NCBI GenBank assembly: GCA_051294375.1
Contig: CM119270.1
Location: 6,999,279-7,063,278 of the forward strand
Source of the DNA: Paraspadella gotoi
Taxonomy: Eukaryota > Animalia > Chaetognatha
Length of the DNA: 64,000 nt
Reading direction: 5' to 3'
In this document: positions 39,119-52,250 of the stretch, one piece after another
Numbering within the stretch: the stretch's first letter is position 1
How the letters are laid out: every line of letters starts with the position of its first letter
Program-made: the position numbers and the translations under genes
Notes under the pieces: model-generated
Told to the model about the DNA's origin: nothing
Seen by the model: the letters and a program-made list of their open reading frames with translations, nothing else
Database searches by the model: none

Positions 39119-42100
39119 TCACCGATAACCGCTGCCGCTCCTGTTGTAGCCAGGACCCCTGCCCCGCCGGCCTCCCTCGTAGGGGCCGTTGTAACGATTG
39201 AAGTCCCTGTGTCCGTCACGGCCTCCGAACTGCCCCGATCCGCCGGAGCCACCCCGTGGCGGAGGTGGCGGCGCGTTTCGGGCGTCCAGGCCGCCGCCGC
39301 GTCGATCCTCGCGGCCGTGGCGGTGTGAAGAAGAAGACCCGTGATGGTAACCAGAAGCATAGGACGAAAACTTTTCTCCGCAAGCTCCGCCACCCCGAGT
39401 AGCTCCCGGGGCTTCCGAACCGAACTTGTCGCCGCCCCGGGATCCAACACCGCCAGCCGTGGATTCGGCGCTCTTCCTATCCGACCGAGGCGGATCGGAA
39501 GGCGGTTGCGGAGCCGGCGGCGGCGTTGAAGGATAAGAGTGACCAGAGTTGCGCGCAGAACTCCTGGAACCTGAAAACGAGGGAGTTTAATCACCAAGAT
39601 TAAAAAAGAGCTACTCAATCATGGACTCACCTTGGTATTGCATTCCTCTTTCCCTGTTTGAATTGCTGGAAATTGCTGTTCCCCCGTTGGGCGGGAGGGG
39701 ACCTGGAAAAGAAAAATTAAATTAAAAATTGCAACAAAAAAAAAAATTAACAAATCTTCAACGAAATTCAGAAATGCTAAGTTTCGGCGGATCTCACCGT
39801 CGTGAGAATAACTGCGATTGATCGCCGTTGGCGGTGGAGGCGGAGGAGGTGGTGGCGGGGAATGAAGTCTGTTAGGTCCACTCGATTCTGAAATAATTGA
39901 TTTCGTTTGTAGTTTCATGGATTTTTGATTAAAGCCAGAATAGAGCCAGATTACTATATTTGGCATATTTGCATTATGTTTATATCTAGTTTATTTTTCT
40001 TCTCATTTCTAGTTAATTGTGAATCAATAGGTTTTATGTTTAGATTTATAGAATGGTTAATTGCAGAACTTAGGGAGCAAAAAAATCGACAACCGATTCT
40101 CACCAGCGCCGCCGGGGGCCTGTTCCTCGTCCTCTTCGACAGTAAGGCCGAATTCTCGCTGCAAACGCGCCATCAGGTCCTCGCGACGCTGGCCGCCGCC
40201 TTCGTCCTGCAGACGCTCCTCGGCCGCAGTGGGACGCGACCAGGCGTCGCCCAGATCCGCCTGAAAAACCGTCGAGATTAAAATGATAGTTTGTTTAGGT
40301 AATATAAACTGTAATCGGTGTTATGGTTTGATTCCAACTTACCTGATGAGGTCTTCGATCCGGTGAGCTTTCTCCGTCGTAGTTAACCGCTCCAAGTTCA
40401 GGAGGCGGCGGAGGAGGCGGGGGTGGAGGGGAAGACGACCGCAATCCCCTTGCTTGCAATTGCGTATGCGCCTGCTGCTGGTAATATTGGCTAGAGGACC
40501 CCGCTGGTTGATGAGAGGGCGGCGGTGGCGGCGGCGAAACCCCGTCCCGACAGCCCGGGCCGACCGGAGCTTCGTGGCCGATCTGTCCGCCAGAGCCGCG
40601 TATATAATCCTTGGCTCCGGATGATGACCGCGAGTATGATGAGCGCCAGTAGCCTTCAGAGGACGACGACCATCCTGTCGATGAACTGAATGATGCGTGA
40701 TGCTGCGACTGTTGCGGGTATTGTTGCTGAGGCAGTTGCTGCTGTTGATTGGGGCTATCATTGGCTGAAGACTTTCCGCCTTTGCGCTTTCGGTATTCTG
40801 TCAAAGACATCTGAAAAACAATAAATCATACATTATTTATTAGTTATTTACGATGAAGCCGCAACATTGATAATCGATAATCTAAACAAAATTTAGTAAA
40901 CACGATCTACAAATACTCTATAATTTGGATCCCTACCGTGACTCCAAGGCATACTTAGCGAACTTAGATTTTTGCAAGATTATTTCTATTTAATTTATTC
41001 AATTTTATTTATTAATTTTTTTTAGAAACAAGAGTTGTATTATATAGTTACAGTTAATAGTTTCTTGAATGTATAAAAGTTTCATCAAGCAGCCCAAATC
41101 TCAGAGGGCGTGAACAAACGTCAGGCAACCAAAAAAAAATCAACGAACCGACCAATAAACCATAAGTAAATTTTATTTTCGCCGAATAAAAATTTGAATT
41201 AAAAAAAACTTGAAAAAAATCTTGCCTTTTTCTTCGGAGCCGGCGGCTTAAGTTGTTCCATCTCGCTTTGATCGTTGACAGGGCTGTTGTCCCCGAATAC
41301 GAGGTGTTGTCTGTTGTTACCGCCGGCCGACGGAGGTATGGATGCTCCGCCGGGCGTCCCGACGGGAGATTCGATTGTTCGAAGAGTCGTCCCCGGCAAC
41401 GGCGCCAGCTTGGACGCCTCGAAATCCCGACGCTCCATCTCCAGAGACGTGGGCGGAGGCGTCTGACGAGGCGACATTGTCGACGATAAGAGCGACGTCA
41501 TGGGCGGGACCGCCGGCTGTTGCAATTGCAGCTGCTGGTGCTGGGAAGAAGACAAAGCGCCGAAGTCCTTTGGAAGTATTCCCCAGCCGTTAGTCATGTG
41601 CGTGGAAAGCGTCGTAATGGACGGAGTCGTTGGCGGGACACCCGAAGAGTGAGAAAAATCCTTGGAAGAGGACTCCGCGCCCTGTGAGGGTCCGACAACG
41701 CCGCCGCTGTCGAATCGCGAAAAAGGACCGCCCCCGCCGCCGTTTGAAGGTTCGTTTTCCAGAGGTGTCGACGGGCGGTTGGGTGAATCCAAAGAGGGCG
41801 GCGTCGCCCGTGAGGGAAGGGTGGATATAGAAGGGAGGGTAGAAATACTCGGCTTATTATTCAAACTGGCCAGTAATGTAGTCGCGGGTTTGAATATGCT
41901 CGACGACACCTCCGGCTGGGGGGGGACCTTGGAGTCCTCGATAGCTTTCACTTCTCCAACGTTAGGCGAATTAGAATCAGTCTCCGGTTTCTCCTCCGAC
42001 GGAAAACTTTCGGTCCGCTTCTCCTCTGACTTGAGCTCCTTTGAATCGCCAGTAGCCTCTTGCTTAACTTCTTCCAAAGATCCTTCTATCTTAGGTGACC

Positions 42101-45100
42101 TCGGTTTTTCCTCTCCCTCTCTTGCCCGACCTACTTCGTCCTTTTTATCCACCTCTTTGGAGTCTTCTTTCAGCTCCACCTTCATCGCCTCTTCCTTTAC
42201 TTCCTCCACCTCCTCAAGGTCCTTCCAGGGACTCTCGACAAATACTTCGGACGGAGAGAGCAGCTCAGAGGATTCTCGTGCCAAGCGACGCTTTTTGAGC
42301 GGCGTGGCGATATCTATCGGGCCAGCGACGCCCGACTGATGACTTGGTGACGGGCAAGTCGCGGTGGGCGATTCCAGCGACACCGCCGCAATCGTTGTAG
42401 CTGCCGCAGGAGAAGCTGAATTGTCCACGCTTTCGGAAATTGCCTGACGTAACCAGCGTTTCTTGGCGCTGCCTGACGAAGACGTCATGGCGCCGGATGA
42501 CGCCGCGGTCGCTGACTTGGAAGCGCCCAAAGCGTCACGCTTCTGCCAATCCTTGACGTTGGGATTCAGGGCCGTCTTTACGAAAGAGACGGTGTCTTCT
42601 CCCTCTTTGTCGCCGTCGGAAACTTCTGTCTCCTTGGTAGATGCACCCGACGACGTCTCTCTTCCTGGGGACATCTCTGTTGCCAATGTCCGCGGTGAAT
42701 CTTCTCCGTCGTCGTCGGCGGCTGCTGCGATTCTTCTTCGATTCAACGTTCCCGCGCTCTTCGCTCGCGCAACTTTTCCACCGGACGAATGCAGCGGCGT
42801 TGAGGAGCCACTGAGAATGCTGTCGTCATTGGAAGAAAGGTTTCCGTGGTCGGACGACCCCGTCGACTGAGAGCTCGTGCGACGACGCTTGGCATCACCG
42901 GAAGAGGCTAAAGCGCCCATGGAGGTAGGTTTTCCGTTTCCTTTACCGCCCTTGGCTTTACCCCTTTGGCCTTTCGGCTTTCCTCCTACGTCCCGAGATA
43001 AGAGCTCCACAGCCACGATGGGCAAAGTTTTTTCCTTCTCTCTTCCTCTCTTTTTCTCCTCTCTTCTTTCCTCCTTCAGTTGCGCCTTTCGCTGCTCGAT
43101 TTTCTCCATCTTTTCAAAGGCCTTCATGATGGCCTCCATTTTCAACTCCTCGCGAGAGCGGCGACTTTCCTCGTAGGGATCTTTGATTTGCGACGGGGTC
43201 GTGATGGCCTGCACCTCCCTCGAGAGTCCCTTTCCAGAAATTTCCGGGGTCGTCGGCGGAGAGGCGATCAGGAGGCTGAGGTTGGCTCGAGCCGCTTTTC
43301 GGGCCGGCGTCGAAACGGGCGCCTCTTTAGCGATCGTATCGGGCCCCGAGGGCTGGGGCGGCGCCGCGGGAGCCTCGATCGCGGTTTCTGGTGATTTGGG
43401 CAGCGTTGGGACGGGGCACTTCTCATGATCTTCCTCTTCTTCCTCGAAAACCTCTTCCACGGAGCCTCCGCCGTTCTTTTTGGATTTGTCCTCCTCTTCG
43501 TCATACTCGTCAGTGTCCTCGTCCTTGGAATCCGACTCAGCCGCCTCCTTCTCAACTTCGGGCAAACTTCGTTGGCTTTTGACCCTGACTAGAGACTTTC
43601 GCTTGGCGACATTGACGACGGCGGGGGCGCTCTTTTGCCGTCGAGTCGTCAACGCAGTCTTTCTCGAGCGCGGAGACATCGCCGTCGCCGCTGGACCCAA
43701 GCGATTCTTGCCGTGAATCTTAATCGAATTCTTTCGCATCAGCTTGGCCGTTTTCGCTCGAGGAACGGCGGCGCCGCCACGATTGCTTTTGGGGGGGCGT
43801 TTCATCCCTCGACTTTGGGATTGTCGTTTGCGTTTCTGCATCAATTGTTCCATTTCTTCTTCCTCGTCGTCTTCCTCGTCCTCTGCTTCATCTCGAACGT
43901 CCTCTTCATCATCCTCTATGGAATTCTTTTTTGGACTCGAGGAGACGACGCCATCGGCGAGAGGTGTCGACTCCGTCGGCGACGCCGCCTCTGCGGCATT
44001 GGCGAGCGACGACGGCGCTTCCGCCTGATTCCTGCTCTGCTGCGCTTTTTCCAGCTCTCGTTTGCACTCTTGCGCCACGGCAGATAGCAGGTCCATAGGA
44101 GAGGCCATGGGAGGAAGGTCCCAGTTTTTGTCCAGCATTTGGGTGGGAAATAGGGAGGTTGCTGGCGGCACCGTTGCTGTCATCTCTACCGGTGGGGTCT
44201 TGATCGGCGGTGAACACAACCTCGATCCTCCCGAAGACCCGTCTTCGGTTTCACCGTGCGGCGCAAGGGATCGACCGGGCGATGCCACGGGAGACAGCGG
44301 CGCCGTGACCGTGAAGGCGCTGTGCGGCTCCGGTTGGGAAAGAAGCCTTCCGGGCGCAGACTTGAAAACCGAAGAAGTAATATCCCCGGCCGGTAACGGC
44401 GCCAATTCCGCACAGGACGCGGCGGTGTTGGACTTTTTTCTCGATCTCTTTGTTTTGGCGCCGGCGGTCAAAGACACATCTTCGACACCGCGAGACGGAG
44501 ATCCGAGCGGCGTCGACGCCTCCTCCTGCTTGGTGGAGCTCTTCAACCTCTTCCGCTGCTTGGGTGGAATAGGGAAGTCGTCGGAAACAACCGTCGACGA
44601 CGACGACGACGGCTGTGCGCTCATCTTCAGCTGCCGGAGCTTTTGGTTGTGCTTCGCCACGGGGCAATAACTCCGATTGCAGGCGCAGTCGGCCAAATAT
44701 TCGCTGCGGAGGTAAAAAATAATTATGCAGTAGAGTACAATGCTCTTATAGTTTCAAGGTTTTGGAGAACGGTTTTTCTACAAAATGGTATAAAAGGTAT
44801 AATTGAGTCGGCTATTTATAAACATAAAACATGATCTTGGCATCTTAAAAACAATTTTGTGTGGGCAAACGAAGAAGCTTCGGACAGAAGGGTAGTGGGG
44901 GGTAATTCGGAACAGTGGTAATTCAGAATACTGACATATAAAATTAAATAAAAAATTGTGTACTTATCTTCTAAAACAATTTTTAGTGCATTAAATATTT
45001 CCTTAAGTTGACCTTTCATAATTGTTTCAGCATTCCACTGCAACAGCAATTTTAAAAAAGCTTGTCAAATTTTGTTTTAAGTACATAGTTCTAAGCCTCT

Positions 45101-48100
45101 GTCACAGTCATATTTGACGTAATATTGTTGAAACTAAACTTAATATCTGTATTTAATCTGACTACTAATTTTTAGTTATTGTACAGAAAATTTTGAAAAA
45201 AATTAGTTATTTTTTTTTACATAGCATACTTACAATTAAATTGGGGTAAAATTCTTATACTAATATTATTACAGTACAAAACTATTTTTAGAAAAAAAAA
45301 ATATACAAAAGTTTAAACTAGAATTTAATGCCTAAATAAGGTTAAAAAATTAGTATGAAACAAAATTAAGATGAAATTAATATAAAAATTAATATTAAAA
45401 ATATTAGGAAAGAAAGAAATAAAAATAAAATCAAATATAAAAATATAAATAAAAATGGTGAATAAAAAGAATAAAGAAAAATAATATTGGAAATAAAAAA
45501 AGCGAAAACCTATATTAATTGGAAAGGAAGATAGGGACGAAATGTAGTAATGGAAGGAAATAATAATAACTTTGTTAAGCATATACACAAATTTCGTATC
45601 TATTGTCATTCAATAATTTTTAAAAAGTGAAAACATAGTACAAAAAATAATTTTAGTGAAAGGCTTTATGCACTTAGTAATAGTGTTTTAGTTATCGTTT
45701 CCTGTAATATTATAAAAAATTATACATAATATATTAAGTGTTCTGAATTACCCCAGGTTGGAGTAAAACGGAACACTTTTAAATTTTTTTTAAAATGCCG
45801 ACCCAAGGAGTCGCAAAATAAAAACGACTGAATCAACCTGTAGCGGGGAACATTTTCCTGGATATATCACCCGAAAATTTTTTTATCTAAATATATTTAC
45901 TTGGCGTAAAATTTGATTCCTTTCAAAAGTGTTCCGAATTACCCCGCTCTACCCTTTTTACCCTACCCAATTAAGAAAAAACTACTAATTTTCATAAAAA
46001 ATAATTTTCAGTAATATTTCAAAATCTAACTTATTGCAAATAATAATTTTTCAATAATTTTTCGAAACCTAATTTATTGGAAAAAGTACGGTAAGGCTAT
46101 TTTTTCATACGAGAACAAAATGGAGAGATATTCCCAAAACTGACGCCAGATGGCAGTTGCAATCAAAAAATTGATCATTTGTTCACAAAAAACCTGACTT
46201 TTCATCTAAATTTATTATTATCATTTCAATAAGAAAACTTACCAATCTTTGTAGTTGTAGTCGAAAGGAATGGTAACTTCAGTTCCCTTGGGTATAGCTT
46301 CCATGGTGTACAAGAGAAAGTGAATGCCGTCCTTATCGATAACGTGCGAAACCTGGGAGGAAAAAAAATGGATAGTACTTGGCATTTTCTTTAAGTCCGT
46401 CTCTCTCTCTCTCACTCTCTCTCACCTCGGCATTGGGATGGCATGCCCTCCGCACATATCGCGTCTCATTCCCGCTTGTCCGCCCATCGATAAAGAGCTC
46501 GAGGCCATCGAGCTTGTTGTAGTAGAGGCCGAAGGGGTAGGGCTTTTTACGGCGGGTCCTCGATCCCTGGTTGTCTTCGAATTGGTGCCACAGCATCACC
46601 TTGCCCTTATACTCGCAAACGCAGGTTCGACCGGAAATATCTTCTTTGGCTAAAAGTCCCTGACGGGCGCTTCCCTAGAATAGAACAAACAGGATTAGGA
46701 GTATTAGAAGAGTAAATTAGCGACAGAAACCAAATAGAAAACTTGTTATTTGTGTATTTTTAAGTCGGTTATACTCCCAACTTTATACATTCTTTTTTAA
46801 ATTAAATAATATCCTTATTAGAGGCAGATGATAAAAGAAAAGGGGACTAAATTTTTACCTGTCTGGCTTTCTTCTTGATAAGACCAACTTTGATGTTATG
46901 GATGCCCACCATGGGACTGACTTCACTGATGTTCATCAGTTGACCGTTGAGACGCGAGGCCAAGATGTCTTTTAGGCCATCAATAAACAGATTTTTCTCT
47001 AAAGTCTCGTACGAATCTGTCCATGGGCTGGGAGGAAAAATAGATAACAATATAAAATACATGGCAGTAAAATTTTTCATTCAAATTATTTATTCCATTG
47101 TTATAAAATTAGTAAAGACATTATCAAAATTATCTATACATTTAATAAAAAATCCGTGAACATTCTTTTATCTAATTGTAACAAGAAAATAGCATTTCCT
47201 ATCTTCATTCATAAGGAAATGAAGTTTTTGAAGTGAGAGAAACTCGAATGTAAGCTTTTAATCAAGGGCATAGTTTGTTAAGTAATTGGAAGATGAATGG
47301 TGGCTTTAGTAATTAACCATCGCCTGTCTCTTGTTAAAAAGTTAATTGAATGAATATTGAATAATTATACTTTTATATAGTCGAATCATATTTAATATAT
47401 TGATATGTCATCAAGTTATTTTAATTAATACAATTATGAGAACAAATAATTCATTTTTGTGAACTTCGTCGCTTGTATTCGAACTTTTGACCTTTAACTT
47501 TCAATCCCTTATCCTGTCTCTTTTGTTCTTCCTAAAAAAACTTTTTAATTCTAAACATTAAGACTAATTTATTACGTGACCGAAGAGATGAAACATGTCA
47601 AAAACTTAACTCATTCAAAAACAAATATTAAATATTTAGTCAATATTGAGATTATTAACGAAAAAATTATTTATGAAATTGGTACAACCAATATAACAAT
47701 TATCCATTCAATTAATAAATAAGCTATCTTGCCCCTGACTTTGGACAGGCTTTGGTGGTTTAAGGCCTCCATCACTCTTACAAATAATGACATAGCAGGT
47801 CCTGCAAGCTTTCAATCAAGACTCTTTCACAGTTCGTTTATTCACTCCCAGAGTACCTGGTCTTCCTATCAATGAAGTGGAAAATATTTCAAAGAATGTT
47901 TCAATTGTATGAAAAGACCACTCCCTTAAGTATTAGATCGGGGAATACTTATTGTACTCCGCACTAGCATCAAAATACAAGGAGCTGAATTTTATGAAAT
48001 TGGTACAACCAATATAAAAATTATCCATTCATTTAATAAATAAGCTATCTTGCCCCTGACTTTGGACAGGCTTTGGTGGTTTAAGGCCTCCATCACTCTT

Positions 48101-51100
48101 ACAAATAATGACATAGCAGGTCCCTGCAAGCTTTCAATCAAGACTCTTTCACAGTCTTGTTTATTCACTCCCAGAGTACCTGGCTTCCCTATCAATGAAG
48201 TGGAAATATTTCAAAGAATTTTCAATTGTATGAAAAGACCACTCCCTTAAGTATATATAACAGAACTTTATTTTATAAAATTAAAAACTTCAGTTCAATA
48301 ACACAAAGTTAAAGTAAAATTCCAGAGATCACAGAAAACTAGATCCAGTCTCCGACTTAACCATTGTCATTGCCTAAACTAATTCCTTAAATGCATGAAC
48401 TTGTCTTTCAAGAGACAAGAGAACTTCATAATACAGAGCTTTTAATGATGAAAAGTGATAAATGCTGTCCCACTAATAAAAGCTAGGAAGGAAAATACAT
48501 TAGTTCAAGAGTGAAGCTTTTAATCCATAATAAGGTTTAACAAATTTTTACTTACCTTTTATTACAATTCCAGAAGTCCTCTTCGATTTTGACCTTAGAT
48601 ACTTTCTTTCCTCCCTTCTTAAAATCCTTGTCTCCTTTTCGAGCAACGGCTTTTCGTCCGGAGCCCGACTGACTTCTTTTACGGCCTAAAGAATTAGAAA
48701 TAGAATTAGAATAAGAAGTAAGAATAGAAAAACACACAAAGCTAAAGCGTAATCGCGAACCTTTCTTTCCGAACTCATCGCCGAGTTTAAGCTGCTGTTC
48801 CGGGATTTCGTCGCTCGAATCCGTTTCGCTCGTGTCAATATTGAGTTTGCTTCGCTTGCGAAGTTGGATGCTACGAGCCAGCGTCTTGTCCACCCGACGA
48901 GGCTGGCACAGTTCGCAGAAATACGTCTCGGGAATGTTTTCGCGATCCAAGCCCATGCAGTCCACGTGTTGCCACACACTGAGAAAAAAACGATGGACGA
49001 CAATGATATAAACTCATTAGTTATTAATCAGTGACAGCCAAATAGTTAAGTTAAAAAAATGCCAGAAAGGATTCTATAATTTATTCCTATGCCGTAAAAA
49101 AAAAGTAAGCACAATTGTTACTCACAGGCATCGATCGCAACAAATCATGTATCCGTCATCATGCTGCATCTCGCAAATGCATCTCGTGATGGAATCGTCC
49201 ACAGCAGCTGCCGCGGAAAGGGCGCCTTGATCCGTGGAAGCTTTCGCTGAGGCAGTAACAGCAGTCGCCACGGCCGCCGCCATAGACGCTTCCGACCCAC
49301 TTCCTGTCGCTCGTTTTTCCTTCTCAGCATCCAAAGCGGCATCGGCGATTTCGGAATGGGTCGACGCCGTTAAGATGGGACGGAAAACCGGCGGCGCCGT
49401 TTCGATGGCGCTTCCTTTCAACGCGCAAGCAGCGCTTAGGCCGCCGGAATTAGTCGGCGCCAGCAGAGGCGGCTGTTCGCTGAGGGAATCGATTTGCTGA
49501 ACGGAGCGCCCGATCGGGGGGACAATGTTTATCGCCGTGGCCGCTGCGGGTGATCGGGAAACGACGGGCGGCGGAGGGGGGGACGAAGGCGGCGAGGGAG
49601 GAGGAGGAGCACCATAGTTATGATCCTGGAAAAAGTATCGAATTTATTTATTAACAGTTGACGTTTGAGCTAAATTTTAAAATAATATGAGAACGAAATG
49701 TACTTACCAAATATACTTGGTAAGGTAATCCGTAACACAAAGATTCTTTTTGCGACGGCTGCGGCTGCCTTACTTCGCTCTCCTTCGGGCCGGACAACAG
49801 CCTTGCTCTGGACAGACCGTGGGGAGACGCTTGTCCATGATGCTGCTGATGCGGCGCCTGTTGCTGCTGCGAAGATTTCGCCGTTATGGTAGCAGCAGGG
49901 AGAGTGTAAGACAGGGGAGCAGGATGTCGTAACACAGAAGCAACAATCGGTTGCGGTGGGACCGCCGCCGCCGCCACGGAAAACGGCGGCGAACTAAAGA
50001 TGCTGATCTGTTGAGGTTGCTCCACCTTGTTGTTATTATTCAGACCGACGGATATCGAAGCGCCTTGAGGGGAGGTTGCTGCGACCAAGCCCCCGGGAAG
50101 CGTCTTTACCGTTCGGACGACAGGCAACGAAACCGGCGCTCCTGGCGTCACCGACGAAGACGGCGCCACCGCGGGAACGAAGGACTTGACGCTCAACGAC
50201 GACGAAGGATTACGTTGAATGACGTTGGTCGGCACAGGCGTCGACTTGATTTCCTGCGAGGAATAGAAGTGCGTCTGATGCCGGGACTGCACTACGCCCA
50301 GCGGTATGGAAGCCACCGAGACCGCTGGAGAACGGACTATCGAGGAAGAATTGATTTGTGAAGGCAACGTCGTAGCCGACGACGATGACGACATTGCTTG
50401 GGGCGTCGTCAGTATCGTCGAGTAGGTGAGGGAATTAAAGTCGAGAGCCTTTGGAGTCTGAGGGGCGGAATTATTTACAACGGTGCGGAGCGCTAAAGGT
50501 TTCTGCATGATGGAGATGCTGTTAGCGGGCTGCATGGAAATCTTTTGCCCCGCCGGAACCGAGAGGGCGATGGGAGACGCGTTTGGTTTGGCCGAGAGTT
50601 GCAAGGGGATGTTGAGGGGAATGAAGGGGGCGTTGGGAGGTTGACTAGTGGCAACTATGTTGAGAGAACCCCGATTGACGGCGGGCGACGAGGAATAGTT
50701 TATGGGAACCGCGGTTCCAAGCGGGGCCGCGCCGCCCTGATGCGAGGGGCTGAGGATTATGGGCGAGTTGGCGGCGATGGAATTTTGTCTAATGGCGACG
50801 AGTTGCGCTTCCGGAGCACCGCCGACACTAACGCCACTGCCATGAAAATGTTTCGAAACAACCGCGGAGCTCAGTGGCAACGAGCCTTGAACTAACGTTT
50901 TTGAGGTCGGCATCGTCAGGGGTTTGACGATAGTTCGGCCGGAATTGGGGTGCAGCTGAAGATGTGGAGAGCCCTTGGTGGGATGCCTTTGCATTACAGG
51001 GCTCGCGAGAGCCGTGCCGTGAAGGGCCCCTGAGCCGCTCGCCGGGGCTACAACGACGGGACCGGTCCCGGCAACCGGGGTACTTTTTAAAGAAAAGCCC

Positions 51101-51498
51101 GAAACCATACCCGGCTTGTTAAGGGCGACGTTGTGAGTTTTTGCCGGGGACGACGGAACAGTTGACACGAATTTGATCGAGGGTTCCAATTTGAGTTGCA
51201 TACCAACAACTGAAGTTGGCGTAGGCGCCACGGAGCTAAAGGAGGCGCCTACAGAGCTGATGCCGACGTTGGCGGCAGGGAGACTAGACACAGTAGCGCG
51301 CGACGAACCAGGGTTGGAAAAACTAATAACCTGAGGTGGCGTCGTCGTCGTCGTCGCGATCACGGTTCCCGTCGATGACGAAGTTGTCGTCCCAGCGCCG
51401 GCTCCCGCTATGGACGGCGTCCCGACACCGCCGCTCGCGGCGCCAGCGTCGCCCGAAACGGATGATGCCGACGTGGCGGGCACCATCCGGATGATCAT
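39119..51498 (-). CDS. KMT2E: KMT2E(MLL5)/SETD5/UpSET-like PHD finger plus inactive SET domain protein, about 2624 aa
   Basis: Exons (minus): 51498-49717, 49625-49126, 48978-48761, 48685-48556, 47027-46859, 46674-46426, 46352-46243, 44703-41226, 40810-40343, 40260-40104, 39887-39798, 39702-39631, 39570-39119; total 7875 nt. Motifs: GLPYQDHNYGAPPP, PHD TRCIC..HDDGYMICCDRC.VWQHVDCM, SET GNETRYVRRACHPNAEV..EVTIPFDY, post-SET DCAC, REELKMEAIMKAF, KKRWLRQA, PLKKRR, KKKMSLTEYRKR. The start codon and the last small exons are less certain. Confidence 0.9.
44889..45955. mobile_element. Non-autonomous TIR DNA transposon (MITE-like, about 1.07 kb) in a KMT2E-like intron
   Basis: Left end AGGGTAGTGGGGGGTAATTCGGAACA matches the reverse complement of right end TGTTCCGAATTACCCCGCTCTACCCT. 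Internal sub-repeats of the same motif occur near 44915 and 45740-45780; the interior is AT-rich with no transposase ORF. Confidence 0.75.
47671..48253. repeat. Two near-identical tandem copies (B, C; 321-bp period) of the orphan repeat, inside a KMT2E-like intron
   Basis: 47671-47932 and 47992-48253 differ only by a few substitutions and single-base indels. Confidence 0.9.
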
Positions 51499-52225
51499 CG
51501 TCCTCAAATCAGGTCCATCCGATGGGAGGTGGCGCCGCCTCGTTCGGACGAGCGCGTCTTCACATAGTCAACCTCGGAGTCAAGAGTCGTCCTTCAGAGA
51601 GATTCCGGCGTCGCGGAATCCAGGGAACGAAATTCGGACCGAAATTCGTCGCGAAAAAATAATAAAAGTCTTGCGTCCATCACCCAAACAACTGTAAAAG
51701 CAAATTCAAAGGCGTAAAAGAACGGCTTTATTTTTTTCGGAATGTTAAGGCAGCTTCGTCATTCGTTGTCGATGAGAACGTCGCCGAATGGTGGCGTCGC
51801 GCGGGACAGGTGAAATCAAGTGAAGTATTAATAAATATTTAAAAAATAAAATGTAATGAACAATGGCGGCTTAAATAAATTAATTTAGAAGTGATTCGGT
51901 TGAAGAAAACTCAGACTATTGATTTAAATTTAAGTTCGAAGTCAAAATTTAAAAAAATTGAAAACTGTGTTGAATAAATCGAAATATGTCGGTGGCGAAC
52001 GCGTCGACAAAAAAAAAATTGTCCGTCCGTCTCATTCTCCGCAAAAATGAAAAGCCTGTCCGTAGAATCGAGAAAAATCCAAGTTGGTCTCGACGATTAG
52101 GGCTTCCGCTTCCGTCGCGAGACGCCTTCCGATGCGTCAAGGCCTTGTCCGTGATCCGCGGACCCTTCGACGTCCGTCGCGACCTAAAAATTCACAATGG
52201 CTCCTTATTTACACTTTGACAAGCC

Positions 52226-52250
52226 AACATGGCGGAGGCTGTGACGTCAC
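52226..52250. promoter_or_regulatory. YY1-like motif plus CRE palindrome in the KMT2E-like promoter region
   Basis: AACATGGCGG (52226-52235) and perfect GTGACGTCAC (52241-52250) in a CpG-rich stretch upstream of a candidate 5'UTR acceptor (minus TTTTACAG, AG at 51693-51692). Confidence 0.5.

Noticed and set aside
39085-39618. The 177-aa ORF as the KMT2E-like C-terminus
   Set aside because: Splice phases place the real frame one base off, ending at TGA 39121-39119.
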